Positions 36,982 through 46,892 are shown, counted from the stretch's first letter. The stretch is 64,000 nt of DNA from an uncultured virus (IMG/VR IMGVR_UViG_3300043411_002804) (IMGVR_UViG_3300043411_002804), one strand, 5' to 3'. Notes: generated by a model not told the origin, from the sequence alone. Numbers and translations are program-made.

Positions 36982-37307
36982 GAAAATAAATTCATATCAA
37001 AAATAATTTCAATCAAACACTCTGTTTGTTCTGTTGATACCAAAAAATCAAATACATCATTAAAACAATAAAAATAAGGATTGTAGTCTCCTGAAAATGG
37101 AGATCCTTTTGATATAAACCAAAACCATTCTTCATGTAAACAATTATTGTAATTACTTTGTTGACAAACCAAGTAAGCCGCAACACCGTTACAAGTAGAA
37201 CCTATCCGAAACCAAGTTAATAATGGAGTATCAGGAACATAAATCATGTTAATTTGTTTAAATTCTTGATCCAGGATTTTATCTATAAGTTTTTGATTTA
37301 CTCCCAT
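36978..37307 (-). CDS. hypothetical protein
   Basis: Coupled ORF. Confidence 0.6.
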   Translation of the reverse strand: MGVNQKLIDKILDQEFKQINMIYVPDTPLLTWFRIGSTCNGVAAYLVCQQSNYNNCLHEEWFWFISKGSPFSGDYNPYFYCFNDVFDFLVSTEQTECLIEIIFDMNLFS

Positions 37308-37495
37308 GGTTCTGTTTTAGGACCCCAAAATATTTTTTGCATCATATTTCTAACAAGTCTTCGATTGCCAACACGTTCGTATATGTTTTGATTGATATGA
37401 ACTGGCCTAATGTAAATAACAAAGTCTTTTCCTGCAGGACCAAAATGACGGTCCCAAAACTCAAAAGGGTAGTGAATTTTTTCAAAGATTTTCAT
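37298..37495 (-). CDS. hypothetical protein
   Basis: AAGGA RBS. Confidence 0.6.
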   Translation of the reverse strand: MKIFEKIHYPFEFWDRHFGPAGKDFVIYIRPVHINQNIYERVGNRRLVRNMMQKIFWGPKTEPWE

Positions 37496-37506
37496 TTGAA
37501 TTCCTT

Positions 37507-38364
37507 TTAAATGAGAATTATTTTGTCCGATAATTCAGGCAATTTACTCATTACTATTTTTTGTATGTAATCACTAGAATATCTCGCACTAAAGTGCCCT
37601 AAAATTAGTTTCTCTCCATTAAAAGATTGCTCTTTAAAAAGCTCAACAAGATCATCTAAATGAATGTGACCAGCTTTTCTTACTTTATCTCGATCCATGT
37701 GTCTGTCTAATCCTGTACATTCTGTTATTAGATATCTTGTGTTTAACAAATTTGGGTTTAAATTAAAAACCTCTATTGAAGTATCTCCTGTGTAGGCTAT
37801 TTCCGGAAATATAACTTCGTTATACAATTCAACACCATCGCGCCTTAAATCTTGAAGATCGACTTTGCTAAAAGATTTATATTCATTTTTAATTTTTTTT
37901 CTTGATTGCGAAATCAGAGTTCCTAAACAAGGAACTCTGTGAACAGAATTAAACCAAGATAATTCATACCCACCATCAAGAGTAATTTTGTCCAATGTTG
38001 TGACAGAGCTTACAACATTAGGTATTGGATCGTTCCTTGAAAGTTTACTTGATGTATTTACAATATCTTGTAATAAAAGAGCATCCTCTTTTTGTGCGTA
38101 ATAATTAGCCATAGGCAATTTTCGCACATTTCTCCTCCAGAGATGAGGAATTAATCCATTGCAATGATCTGAATGACCATGCGAAAAAATAATAGTGTTA
38201 CAGTTCGTTGTTGATAAAGCTGCAGCACCTAAATCTAAGCAAACCTTTAAAGATTGAATTCCATGATACGTTTTTTCACCACCAACAGAGGAACCTTGAT
38301 ACTTACAGGAACCGAGCGTTAATGTTCTTTCTACATATCGATCGTCTTCTTGGTTAAGCATCAC
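37507..38364 (-). CDS. RNase Z-like metallo-beta-lactamase (short form)
   Basis: SHGHSDH, HRVPCLG, AYTGDT, ITECT, GHIH, HFSARY motifs. Confidence 0.82.
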   Translation of the reverse strand: MMLNQEDDRYVERTLTLGSCKYQGSSVGGEKTYHGIQSLKVCLDLGAAALSTTNCNTIIFSHGHSDHCNGLIPHLWRRNVRKLPMANYYAQKEDALLLQDIVNTSSKLSRNDPIPNVVSSVTTLDKITLDGGYELSWFNSVHRVPCLGTLISQSRKKIKNEYKSFSKVDLQDLRRDGVELYNEVIFPEIAYTGDTSIEVFNLNPNLLNTRYLITECTGLDRHMDRDKVRKAGHIHLDDLVELFKEQSFNGEKLILGHFSARYSSDYIQKIVMSKLPELSDKIILI

Positions 38365-38373
38365 TACCCCTTT

Positions 38374-38688
38374 CTATTTTAAATTCCAAATTGCATTTAA
38401 TTTATCTTCTGCACTTAATCGCTCAAACCATTCTTCTTGGGAAGATTGAGTTCCATTAAGAAACCAATATTTATCCCCATTTTTATATTCAATAGCAGGG
38501 CCATCTAATCGATGTAACATACCGTTAACCCACCATTCCTTACCTCCATTACTCCACTCAATAGCAGGACCATCTTCCCTATGCCATAAACCATTAAGAT
38601 ACCAGTATTTATCTCCATTTGGAAATTCAGTATTACCTGTATAATTTTTTGGTATATCATCCCCATTATTTATTTTTATGATATTCAT
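38374..38688 (-). CDS. HRxDGPA-repeat family protein (array E)
   Basis: Family signature. Confidence 0.85.
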   Translation of the reverse strand: MNIIKINNGDDIPKNYTGNTEFPNGDKYWYLNGLWHREDGPAIEWSNGGKEWWVNGMLHRLDGPAIEYKNGDKYWFLNGTQSSQEEWFERLSAEDKLNAIWNLK

Positions 38689-39068
38689 CTTAGATTCCAG
38701 ATGGCATTTAATTTATCTTCTTCACTCAATCGCTCAAACCATTCCTCTTGAGGATAAGGTACCCCATTAAGATACCATTGTTTATATCCATTTGGATAAT
38801 CAACAGCAGGTCCATCAACCCGATGTGTTTTGCCATTAAGATACCAAGCTTTAGAACCATCATAGTATTCAATAGCAGGACCATCTAATCGATGAAATTT
38901 GCCATTAAGATACCATTCCTTACCCCCATCACTCCACTCAATAGCAGGTCCATCTTCCCTATGCCATAAACCATTAAGATACCAGTATTTATCTCCATTA
39001 GGATGCTCAACAATGCCTGTATAATTTTCTGGTATATCATTCCCATTATTTATTCTTATGATATTCAT
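38685..39068 (-). CDS. HRxDGPA-repeat family protein (array E)
   Basis: Family signature; ATGA overlap. Confidence 0.85.
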   Translation of the reverse strand: MNIIRINNGNDIPENYTGIVEHPNGDKYWYLNGLWHREDGPAIEWSDGGKEWYLNGKFHRLDGPAIEYYDGSKAWYLNGKTHRVDGPAVDYPNGYKQWYLNGVPYPQEEWFERLSEEDKLNAIWNLR

Positions 39069-39376
39069 CTTAGATTCCAGATTGCTTCTAATTTATCCTC
39101 TTCACTTAATCGCTCAAACCATTCCTCTTGAGGATAAAGTACTCCATTAAGATACCATTGTTTGTATCCATTTGGATATTCAATAGCAGGACCATCCTCT
39201 CGATGCCTTTTGCCATTAAGCCACCAAGATTTATATCCATTTGCAAGTTCAATTGCAGGCCCATCAACGCGATGTCTTTCACCATTAACCCACCATTCTT
39301 TATCTCCATTTGAGAATTCACAAGCAGGCCCGTCTTCTCTGTGATATAGTCCTTTTTTTCTATAAAAAGTTGTCAT
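39065..39376 (-). CDS. HRxDGPA-repeat family protein (array E; lacks the NYTG N-cap)
   Basis: Three modules plus the C-terminal tag. Confidence 0.8.
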   Translation of the reverse strand: MTTFYRKKGLYHREDGPACEFSNGDKEWWVNGERHRVDGPAIELANGYKSWWLNGKRHREDGPAIEYPNGYKQWYLNGVLYPQEEWFERLSEEDKLEAIWNLR

Positions 39377-40357
39377 TTATTTAATTTGATAAAAAATATC
39401 AACCAAGTCACCATCCACTGGTTGGTAGCCATTTAAAATCAAAACACTATTTTTGTTTTCATAATAAAAAAAATCACCAACGTTTTCATAGGTAAACACA
39501 ATATCATTGTGATATGTTTGTATCTTAATTGTCTCAACAACAGGAAGGCGACTTAAAAAGTATTCATTTTTAAAATCTGGTGTTGCAAGCAAAGCCAAAT
39601 CATTTAATGCTCCACCCCAATCTTGATTGCAGATATCAACAGTTTGACCTTGAAAATGTTTGATTAATCCAAAATATCTTTCTCCAACAGTTGATGAAAG
39701 ATCTTCACAAAGATTTGAACCTAAACTAATTATTCCTGAAAAATAAACCTTTTTGTTTTCTTGACCTTCCCAAGAATATAATTTTTGATAAAGACCTTTC
39801 GGATCTAAGTGCGTTGATGAATCGTTTTCATCAGAAATTACAATAATATATAGTGGAACATCTGAACGAAAAAAATCGGGATGATCCTCTAAGTTAATAA
39901 CCATTGCACCGTAAACAGCATCAAGTCCTGATTCTCCATCACTAAATATATCATCAGACAATAAGTTGTTCATCATTGAAAACAATAAAGCATTATCACT
40001 ATCGCCTGGTTTAATGTAATTAGAACCAAACAAATTAACAAATTTTCCAGCATTATCGGTTCCATTCATTGAAGTTAACCCGATATGATAATCGATGTTA
40101 TATTGATCAAGCACTTCAAAAAACATAGAAATGTTATTGTTTAAATTAAGATTATTATCTGCCATTGAACAAGATTTATCAATGACAAACAAAATATCCG
40201 CAGGTCGACCTATCGGTTGAAGAAAAACATCCTGATTAAACTCTAGAGGTAGATCCTCAACATCAGTTGGCCCATAAACAAATGGAGGTGGATAATAAAG
40301 AGTCTGTTCACTTTTGCAAGCATAGAATAAAGTCACAAATAAACAAATATTCATCAT
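39377..40357 (-). CDS. vWA-domain (MIDAS) probable lipoprotein
   Basis: DILFVIDKSCSM (DxSxS), ESGL, IIVISDEND; N-terminal FYAC lipobox-like motif. Confidence 0.75.
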   Translation of the reverse strand: MMNICLFVTLFYACKSEQTLYYPPPFVYGPTDVEDLPLEFNQDVFLQPIGRPADILFVIDKSCSMADNNLNLNNNISMFFEVLDQYNIDYHIGLTSMNGTDNAGKFVNLFGSNYIKPGDSDNALLFSMMNNLLSDDIFSDGESGLDAVYGAMVINLEDHPDFFRSDVPLYIIVISDENDSSTHLDPKGLYQKLYSWEGQENKKVYFSGIISLGSNLCEDLSSTVGERYFGLIKHFQGQTVDICNQDWGGALNDLALLATPDFKNEYFLSRLPVVETIKIQTYHNDIVFTYENVGDFFYYENKNSVLILNGYQPVDGDLVDIFYQIK

Positions 40358-40453
40358 TCACCTCTAAATGTTTTTTAAATTGCACCTATTTTTATCAAAA
40401 GCACTTTGTTTTTATTTAGCTAAAACCAATATATAATATTTGTATTTATATTT

Positions 40454-40882
40454 CTACCACCGAAAAAATATTTTTTCAAAATGACTATTTTGCATAATTG
40501 GATGTCTTGCTTCTTTAAGCATGCTCATAAGATGATTTTTGTCATTAAATTCTTTTTGGTGATATGTCCAAAGGTATAATGACAACATTAAAGCTGATCT
40601 ATTCATTCCTTGATAACAGTGAAACAAAACATTTCTACCATCTATTAGAACTTTCATGGTTTCAAGCCAACGAGATAATTGTTGATCTGTTGGTAAATCT
40701 TCTTGATACCACGAATCTAAAAATGGTATTTGCAATACCTCTAACCTAAAAGGATTTTTTGCTACGTCAGTAATGCATGATATAACAACACTTATATCTA
40801 AATCATAATAATAACTTGGTATTGCCCCAAGGTAAAATTTTTGACCTCCTGACTTGTACATTAATGTGATATCATGTTTCAT
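40454..40882 (-). CDS. dual-specificity/tyrosine phosphatase family protein
   Basis: VLFHCYQGMNRS (HCx5R). Confidence 0.8.
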   Translation of the reverse strand: MKHDITLMYKSGGQKFYLGAIPSYYYDLDISVVISCITDVAKNPFRLEVLQIPFLDSWYQEDLPTDQQLSRWLETMKVLIDGRNVLFHCYQGMNRSALMLSLYLWTYHQKEFNDKNHLMSMLKEARHPIMQNSHFEKIFFRW

Positions 40883-40892
40883 TTTTTAATCC

Positions 40893-41198
40893 TTAAAGTA
40901 AATCTAAATGATAGATTAATTTCTCTTTAACTTCATCTGATACAGAATTCAAAACTTCCTCAAAAGAAACTGAGGAAACTACCTCAGACTTAAAACCTGG
41001 AAGCAAAGACATTTTTCTCCAAAGCGTAGCATTTGAATCATATCTTTTTGCCCAAATAAAAATATAAAAATCAGAATCTTTTAATTTCAAATAATCATTT
41101 CTAAAATGATCTGTTAAGGTCAACTCTTCAAACAAGCCTGTCTTTAGAAAATTTCTAAACTCTTCTTCTCTTAATATTTCAGGATCTCTAAATTTCAC
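40893..41198 (-). CDS. hypothetical protein with C-terminal FEEVLNSVSDEVKEKLIYHLDLL helix
   Basis: GTG start with AAGGAG RBS. Confidence 0.65.
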   Translation of the reverse strand: MKFRDPEILREEEFRNFLKTGLFEELTLTDHFRNDYLKLKDSDFYIFIWAKRYDSNATLWRKMSLLPGFKSEVVSSVSFEEVLNSVSDEVKEKLIYHLDLL

Positions 41199-41258
41199 TT
41201 TAAATGTGACTCCTTTTGTTATAAATTATATCAACCCAACTGAAAATTTCTTAAAGCC

Positions 41259-41471
41259 TTACCTATTGTGCATAATAATACACGCACTAGCGTTGCCATT
41301 CAAACATGATCTGATCAATGTATAATTGTAAAACCCAATACTAATGCCTATTAGTATACCAATTGAAAGCGCAATGGAAATTGAAAAAAAATTATGAATC
41401 TTGTCTGAGATGGACGAACGACGATTTCTTGACATTAGAATCTCCTTAAATATTTTGTTTATCGCCACCAA
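41259..41471 (-). CDS. small membrane protein
   Basis: One TM helix; likely start MSRNRR after AAGGAG. Confidence 0.6.
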   Translation of the reverse strand: MVAINKIFKEILMSRNRRSSISDKIHNFFSISIALSIGILIGISIGFYNYTLIRSCLNGNASACIIMHNR

Positions 41472-41908
41472 TCAGGTCGAAAATTATCTGGCAATCCTAC
41501 CTGTCGATTAAACATCGAAAAATCATCCAACTTTACTTGACTCGAACACCAAGGGTTCCAATGCTCGATATCATAAATGAAATACTTCGAACCTTCATTA
41601 TCTTTCGTTGTTGTGATAATTGGTTCGTCTAAATGCCATCCTGAAATTGGAAGAGACCATCTGTCTGTAGATTCCCAATCCAGTCCTACTGGACTACGAA
41701 AATGTTTCAGAAACCTCTTGTGAAATGAGATGCTTTCAATAATGTCCCATCTAGATTTATATGGATTCCAAATCAAGTGGTCCGGTTTAAGTTTGGAAAC
41801 AATCTTCATAATTTTCATAGCAGTGTTCCAGTTATAACTGACACCATCAAACATGAAGCTTGAATTTTTCTTAATGATTCTCTTTGAGTTCCCACCATAA
41901 TATTTCAT
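41459..41908 (-). CDS. hypothetical protein
   Basis: Packed ORF. Confidence 0.65.
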   Translation of the reverse strand: MKYYGGNSKRIIKKNSSFMFDGVSYNWNTAMKIMKIVSKLKPDHLIWNPYKSRWDIIESISFHKRFLKHFRSPVGLDWESTDRWSLPISGWHLDEPIITTTKDNEGSKYFIYDIEHWNPWCSSQVKLDDFSMFNRQVGLPDNFRPDWWR

Positions 41909-41910
41909 TA

Positions 41911-43437
41911 TTATGTTCCTTGTTTGAATGGATTAAATGATGTCAATTCATCTGTCTTTTTTGAGACATTAAGGTTTGGCTCATCAGACCAAGTTTTTGG
42001 GTTAATATAAGCCAAGTATGATTTGGCTCGTGTAATTGCCACATAAATAAGATTCATTTCTTGCTTCTTCTGCCATTCATTTTTGGCATATGGGGATGGC
42101 ATCAGATCAAACCTTAGAATAAAAACCCTATTCCATTCTGAGCCCTTACTCTTATGAACTGTACATAGCGTGATCCCCTTACTCGAAGGGGTGAACAATT
42201 CATCAATTGACTTAATCAGACTCTTAATAGAACGATTATTTTCCGAAAGATGATTGATGAAAACTTCAATACAATTGAACTTATCTTCTAGAGCAGAGAT
42301 CTTACTTTCTTGATTTTTATTGATTAAATTATTAGTCTCCCTTTCAAGCCAAGCATTTAGCTTAATTGAAAGATCATCAATAGAACTTGCATCCATGTTA
42401 TTAATGAGAGACTTTAGTCCAATGCCAAAATCTCGACCAACAAAATTAACCTTTTTTCCACGAACAATTAGTCCGTAAGCCATTTCAACCAATGGCGCTG
42501 TATTTCTACAAATAATCGCATCATCTTCCTTAAAGGAATCTGCATTGTATACATTTACGGGTTCCACAGTACCTTCAGAAGCCTGATCAAAAGATTCAAT
42601 ACTTGGTACATATTTTTGCGCTTCTCGAATTACGGCTTTCGAACAGCGATAAGAAATCGACAAAGGCATTTTTTTAGCATTAAATTCCCTAGTAATCAAT
42701 GGCATTGAATCAATGCCAGCACCACGGAACCCATAAATCCCTTGGGATTCGTCGCCAACACCCACCAAACGTCCATTGGTCGTTAGCATACGCTTCAAAA
42801 GTTTTGCCTGAATTGGGGACGTATCCTGCAATTCATCAACAAACAAATAATTAAACTTATCGAAGGCAATGTTTTCCAAATAAGGCATGTAGATTTGATC
42901 ATCAAAATCACATACCTGACGAGCACTTTTAATTGAGGCATTAAGAGTCTTCTTTGCTAGTTCAATAGCCCTATATTCATTACCACTACTTAGAATTAGA
43001 TTATGATCTTCTTGTAGCTGAAACCATTCCTTACCAGGAGAAGATGGATTAAGACCTGTTGACTTAGCAAGACCAACAAGCTTATTGACAAAGGAACCGT
43101 ACTGATCACGATCTGATTTTTCAAATCGCTCTCGAATAATATTCGATGTCTTATCTGCATCAATCTTAATTCGTTGTCCCACAAACCTAGTCCATGCTGA
43201 CCAACCAGCAGAATTAAAGGTCCGGCACATAACATTTTTTGGGAGTCGTTCCTTTAGCTCTTCAACAATTTTTACGTTGAAAGCAAGAAACAATACAGAT
43301 TCCTCAGCAGGAAGTCTACGACAAGCCTCAATAATCGTAGAAGACTTGCCTGCCCCCGCCACTGCTTCAATTACAACAGAACCAGTCTCGTTCTTCAGGT
43401 AATCAAACAAAGCTTCTTGATAAACTGAATAAATCAT
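41911..43437 (-). CDS. UvrD/Rep-family SF1 helicase
   Basis: AVAGAGKS, VDELQD, VGDESQGIYGFRGA, SYRC, TVHKSKGSEW, YVAITRAK. Confidence 0.92.
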   Translation of the reverse strand: MIYSVYQEALFDYLKNETGSVVIEAVAGAGKSSTIIEACRRLPAEESVLFLAFNVKIVEELKERLPKNVMCRTFNSAGWSAWTRFVGQRIKIDADKTSNIIRERFEKSDRDQYGSFVNKLVGLAKSTGLNPSSPGKEWFQLQEDHNLILSSGNEYRAIELAKKTLNASIKSARQVCDFDDQIYMPYLENIAFDKFNYLFVDELQDTSPIQAKLLKRMLTTNGRLVGVGDESQGIYGFRGAGIDSMPLITREFNAKKMPLSISYRCSKAVIREAQKYVPSIESFDQASEGTVEPVNVYNADSFKEDDAIICRNTAPLVEMAYGLIVRGKKVNFVGRDFGIGLKSLINNMDASSIDDLSIKLNAWLERETNNLINKNQESKISALEDKFNCIEVFINHLSENNRSIKSLIKSIDELFTPSSKGITLCTVHKSKGSEWNRVFILRFDLMPSPYAKNEWQKKQEMNLIYVAITRAKSYLAYINPKTWSDEPNLNVSKKTDELTSFNPFKQGT

Positions 43438-43511
43438 TGTCTGGATTCCTTAATTGGAAAGTGACAAACCATAGGTTTTTAACACTGCCCCTAACCATAG
43501 GTCTTTAATTT

Positions 43512-43539
43512 AATATAACTCCATATCTTTTTTTAGCAA
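43512..43539 (-). promoter_or_regulatory. conserved phage promoter motif
   Basis: TTGCTA-N16-TATATT. Confidence 0.7.
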
Positions 43540-43589
43540 AACCTATAATAAAATTTTACACACAATACACTAATAAATGAATATATTGT

Positions 43590-44216
43590 ATGACTAATAA
43601 GACAGATTATCCTGACCATGATTATCTATATTCTAATAATGCTTTTGTTGTAAAATCAAACAGGAAAGCTTTGCTTGAATACGGTGATCAAGAATATGAC
43701 GCTCAAAATATGTGTTATGAAAACTTAAAAAGTTTTCGTACAGCAATTGATATTGGTGCAAGATATGGTGGTTGGAGCAGACAAATGGAAATTAAGTTTC
43801 AAAAACTTATTGCGTTTGAGCCAAGAGATAGATGGTTATTTGTTTTTCCGAAAAATATTAAAATGGATAAAGTCATACTTCACCCAATTGGACTTGGTGA
43901 TAAAAACGAAACAGTTCCTATGCAAGGAAATAGAGTTATTCTTAATCCAATTCACAAATCTGAAATGGTTAATATCACTACATTAGATTCCTTTAAGATA
44001 ACGGATATAGATTTTATTAAGATTGATGTTGATGGTTATGAACTTAATGTTTTAAAAGGTGGAGTTAAAACAATAACAAAATGGAAGCCCATAATATGTA
44101 TGGAAGTGATACCTGGAGAAACATACCATGGTGAATTGGCCGATGAATATTTACAAGGTTTAGGAGCCAAACCAATAGAAAGACGCAGAAATAATGTTTT
44201 GTATGGGTGGGACTGA
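43590..44216 (+). CDS. FkbM-family methyltransferase
   Basis: IDIGARYG, AFEP, TLDSF..IDFIKIDVDGYE..VLKG..KP. Confidence 0.85.
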   Translation: MTNKTDYPDHDYLYSNNAFVVKSNRKALLEYGDQEYDAQNMCYENLKSFRTAIDIGARYGGWSRQMEIKFQKLIAFEPRDRWLFVFPKNIKMDKVILHPIGLGDKNETVPMQGNRVILNPIHKSEMVNITTLDSFKITDIDFIKIDVDGYELNVLKGGVKTITKWKPIICMEVIPGETYHGELADEYLQGLGAKPIERRRNNVLYGWD

Positions 44217-44258
44217 AGAATCTCCATTCCTCATTTACAAAATTATAACATAACATAA

Positions 44259-45275
44259 CTAGTGAGAGGTACGTTTAATCCATTCTTTTTCTGTTAACCA
44301 AGTTCCATTAAGATACCAAAATTTAGTTCCATTCGGATATTCAATTGCAGGCCCATCTAATCGATGTAATTTCCCATTTATCCACCAAGATTTAGAACCA
44401 TCATAGTATTCAATTGCAGGCCCATCCAATCGATGTAATTTCCCATTTATCCACCAAGATTTATATCCGTCAGCATCTTCTATAGCAGGCCCCCCTTCCC
44501 GATGTAATTCGCCATTAAGATACCATACTTTGTCTCCATTTTTATATTCCACAATACCTGTATAATAATTAGGTAATCCTTTTCGCTTCTGTAATACGAG
44601 CGACGCTTTAGCTTTACCAGGTTTGTCTTGTTCAACAACAACCTCTACGTCAGGTGTATCTTTTGACGCTTTAGCTTTACCAGGTTTGTCTTGTTCAACA
44701 ACAACCTCTACGTCAGGTGTATCTTTTGACGCTTTAGCTTTACCAGGTTTGTCTTGTTCAACAACAACCTCTACGTCAGGTGTATCTTTTATTACTGGTA
44801 ATTGTTTAATCGAGGCACAATTTTCTTTTGAAAGTTCTGGACTATTTTTTAATAATTCGGCATCAACCTCTATAGTATCCTCAACCTTCTCTTGAAGTAT
44901 TTGGCCTTTTAGAAACTCTATAATATCCTCATCACCAAGAATAACATATGCAATTGTCATGAAAGATAGAATCATCGAGAAATATACAATAGATTTATTG
45001 AGAAAACCAAACCGTGCAACGAGTGCTAAACAAGCAATTGGGATTAAATATGAGTAAAACAAAAAGATGGATTCGAAGAACATGTTTTCCTCCAAATAAG
45101 ATGAATCAGATGGAGCCTCTATACTAGCATCAGGAGGGGCAGGCTTAAATAAATCTGGTGTTATTGGAAGTTGTTTAAATTTTAATACATAAAATTTATC
45201 ACGATTTTCTTTTGATAATTCCGCACCAATTTTTTTTAATTCTGCATCCACCTCTTCTTGAGACATTTGACCCAT
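44259..45275 (-). CDS. chimeric membrane protein: 2 TM segments, 3 x 21-aa repeat, C-terminal HRxDGPA domain
   Basis: See findings; internal GGAGG-ATG near 45084. Confidence 0.75.
   Translation of the reverse strand: MGQMSQEEVDAELKKIGAELSKENRDKFYVLKFKQLPITPDLFKPAPPDASIEAPSDSSYLEENMFFESIFLFYSYLIPIACLALVARFGFLNKSIVYFSMILSFMTIAYVILGDEDIIEFLKGQILQEKVEDTIEVDAELLKNSPELSKENCASIKQLPVIKDTPDVEVVVEQDKPGKAKASKDTPDVEVVVEQDKPGKAKASKDTPDVEVVVEQDKPGKAKASLVLQKRKGLPNYYTGIVEYKNGDKVWYLNGELHREGGPAIEDADGYKSWWINGKLHRLDGPAIEYYDGSKSWWINGKLHRLDGPAIEYPNGTKFWYLNGTWLTEKEWIKRTSH
44602..44790. repeat. perfect 3 x 63-bp in-frame tandem repeat
   Basis: Units start at 44602, 44665 and 44728; encodes KDTPDVEVVVEQDKPGKAKAS. 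Confidence 0.95.
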
Positions 45276-45398
45276 TATACAGCTCCAGGTTTACTTGGTT
45301 TATCAAGATTTTGTTTATATAAAACTATTGCTATTGCTTTAATTTGTTTACTAGGATCATCTTTATAAGTTTCAATTAACTTTTGAGTTGTCAGTTTC

Positions 45399-46664
45399 TT
45401 ATTTAGGTTGTTTTTCTTTAGGTTGTTTTCCAAATTTATCAAAATATATTTTTCTAGCTAAATCAATAGTATCTGATTTAGGTAAAGTTTTTTCTGATAA
45501 ATTTTTATATTCATCTTCAATTTGAGATCTTAATGCCTCAATTTGTTTATCATAAGATACAATTTCTGGAGCATATGCATCTTTGATTTTATCAATTGAA
45601 TTTTCGGCTCTAGCATTTTCAATTTCAATAAACTTTTTCCGATCTTCTTCAGGTAAATCTGCTGTTAATATGGATCGTATATTAACACCTTTTGCAGAGC
45701 TACCTTGCAAATCATTTAATCCTTGTAATGATTTTACAAGATTATATGTTGCTTTATTTGGATCAGCATCAGCAACCTCAATTGCTTTACTTAAATCTTG
45801 TAAACCTTTTATATTACCAATTTCTTCTTTAATCAATTTAATTGAATATGTACCTTCACCTTTTTTTTCAGCCAATTTTGTAGCAATATAAGCGATAGAT
45901 GCATCTTTGTCTTGTTGACTAATATCTTTATCTCCTAAAATATTAAGTCTAATAGTCTTAATAAGATTATCACGTAATACATCTTCTTGTGTATAATCTG
46001 TATTTCCTTTTAATCTTTCCAAATCCACATCAATCTGATCTTTTAATGCATCCTGCGGTACTAATTTAGATATATCAGACAATTGTTGTTGTCGTTGCGC
46101 AGTAGATAGTTTTTCAGCATTATATTCAGCTGTTGCATTTGCTGCATCAACGGCACCTCTAGCTGCAATCCTCGCCTCTTCCAAATCATTTTGAGCCCTA
46201 GCATTAGCCATAGCAGCTGATTGAGAGGCACCAATATTTTCCAATTCTTTTTTCGCAGAAAGTTCTTGAGCGGTTGATAATACACCTGATTCACTTTTTT
46301 TGGAATCTTCAATCATTTTAGCTCTTAAGGCATTCATTTGAGTTAAACGATCTTCTAAGGCTTCAACAAATTTCTTTTTATATTCCATTTGAAGTAAAAA
46401 TGCATTTTGTTCATTTTTAATTTGATTTTGTGCCTCTGTATATGCCATTGCAAACATTTCTTTTTTTGAAACTGGCAATAAACGTCTTTGTTTTTGCCAT
46501 TCCTCATACCAAGATAAATCTGATGGTGCCTCTATACTAACATCAGGAGGAAGGAAGGATGGAGCTGGAGGACCCACTGTTGATACAACAGGAATTGGAT
46601 CAGTATCTACGGTATAAGTTCCAGCCATCGCAACAGCCATCATTACATTAGTTAAAAAAATCAT
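45399..46664 (-). CDS. secreted-looking coiled-coil protein
   Basis: Signal-like N-terminus (AMAG TYTV) and a helical Q/E/K/A-rich body. Confidence 0.75.
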   Translation of the reverse strand: MIFLTNVMMAVAMAGTYTVDTDPIPVVSTVGPPAPSFLPPDVSIEAPSDLSWYEEWQKQRRLLPVSKKEMFAMAYTEAQNQIKNEQNAFLLQMEYKKKFVEALEDRLTQMNALRAKMIEDSKKSESGVLSTAQELSAKKELENIGASQSAAMANARAQNDLEEARIAARGAVDAANATAEYNAEKLSTAQRQQQLSDISKLVPQDALKDQIDVDLERLKGNTDYTQEDVLRDNLIKTIRLNILGDKDISQQDKDASIAYIATKLAEKKGEGTYSIKLIKEEIGNIKGLQDLSKAIEVADADPNKATYNLVKSLQGLNDLQGSSAKGVNIRSILTADLPEEDRKKFIEIENARAENSIDKIKDAYAPEIVSYDKQIEALRSQIEDEYKNLSEKTLPKSDTIDLARKIYFDKFGKQPKEKQPK

Positions 46665-46750
46665 TTATCACCTTTATTTTTAGAATATTTTGTTAAAATA
46701 ATAGTTGGGATTAAAAATGAATAAAACAAAAGGATTGATTCTAAAAACAT
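46661..46750 (-). CDS. 29-aa single-TM peptide MFLESILLFYSFLIPTII..
   Basis: GGAGG RBS; ATGA-coupled to the 46664 gene; paralogous to an internal segment of 44259-45275. Confidence 0.6.
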   Translation of the reverse strand: MFLESILLFYSFLIPTIILTKYSKNKGDK

Positions 46751-46892
46751 GATTGCCTCCAGATTAAAAAGCAAGGAATTAGAGATATCTGATTTCTCCA
46801 CAAGTTCCTTAAGTCTTAATTCTGATAAAACAAGTTTAATGTATTTTCCTCTAATTTAGAGAAACTATAAAGAATAAATAAAATCAGTATCT

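Noticed and set aside
44602..44790. 63-bp repeats as a CRISPR array
   Set aside because: Head-to-tail with no spacers, and in frame within a CDS.
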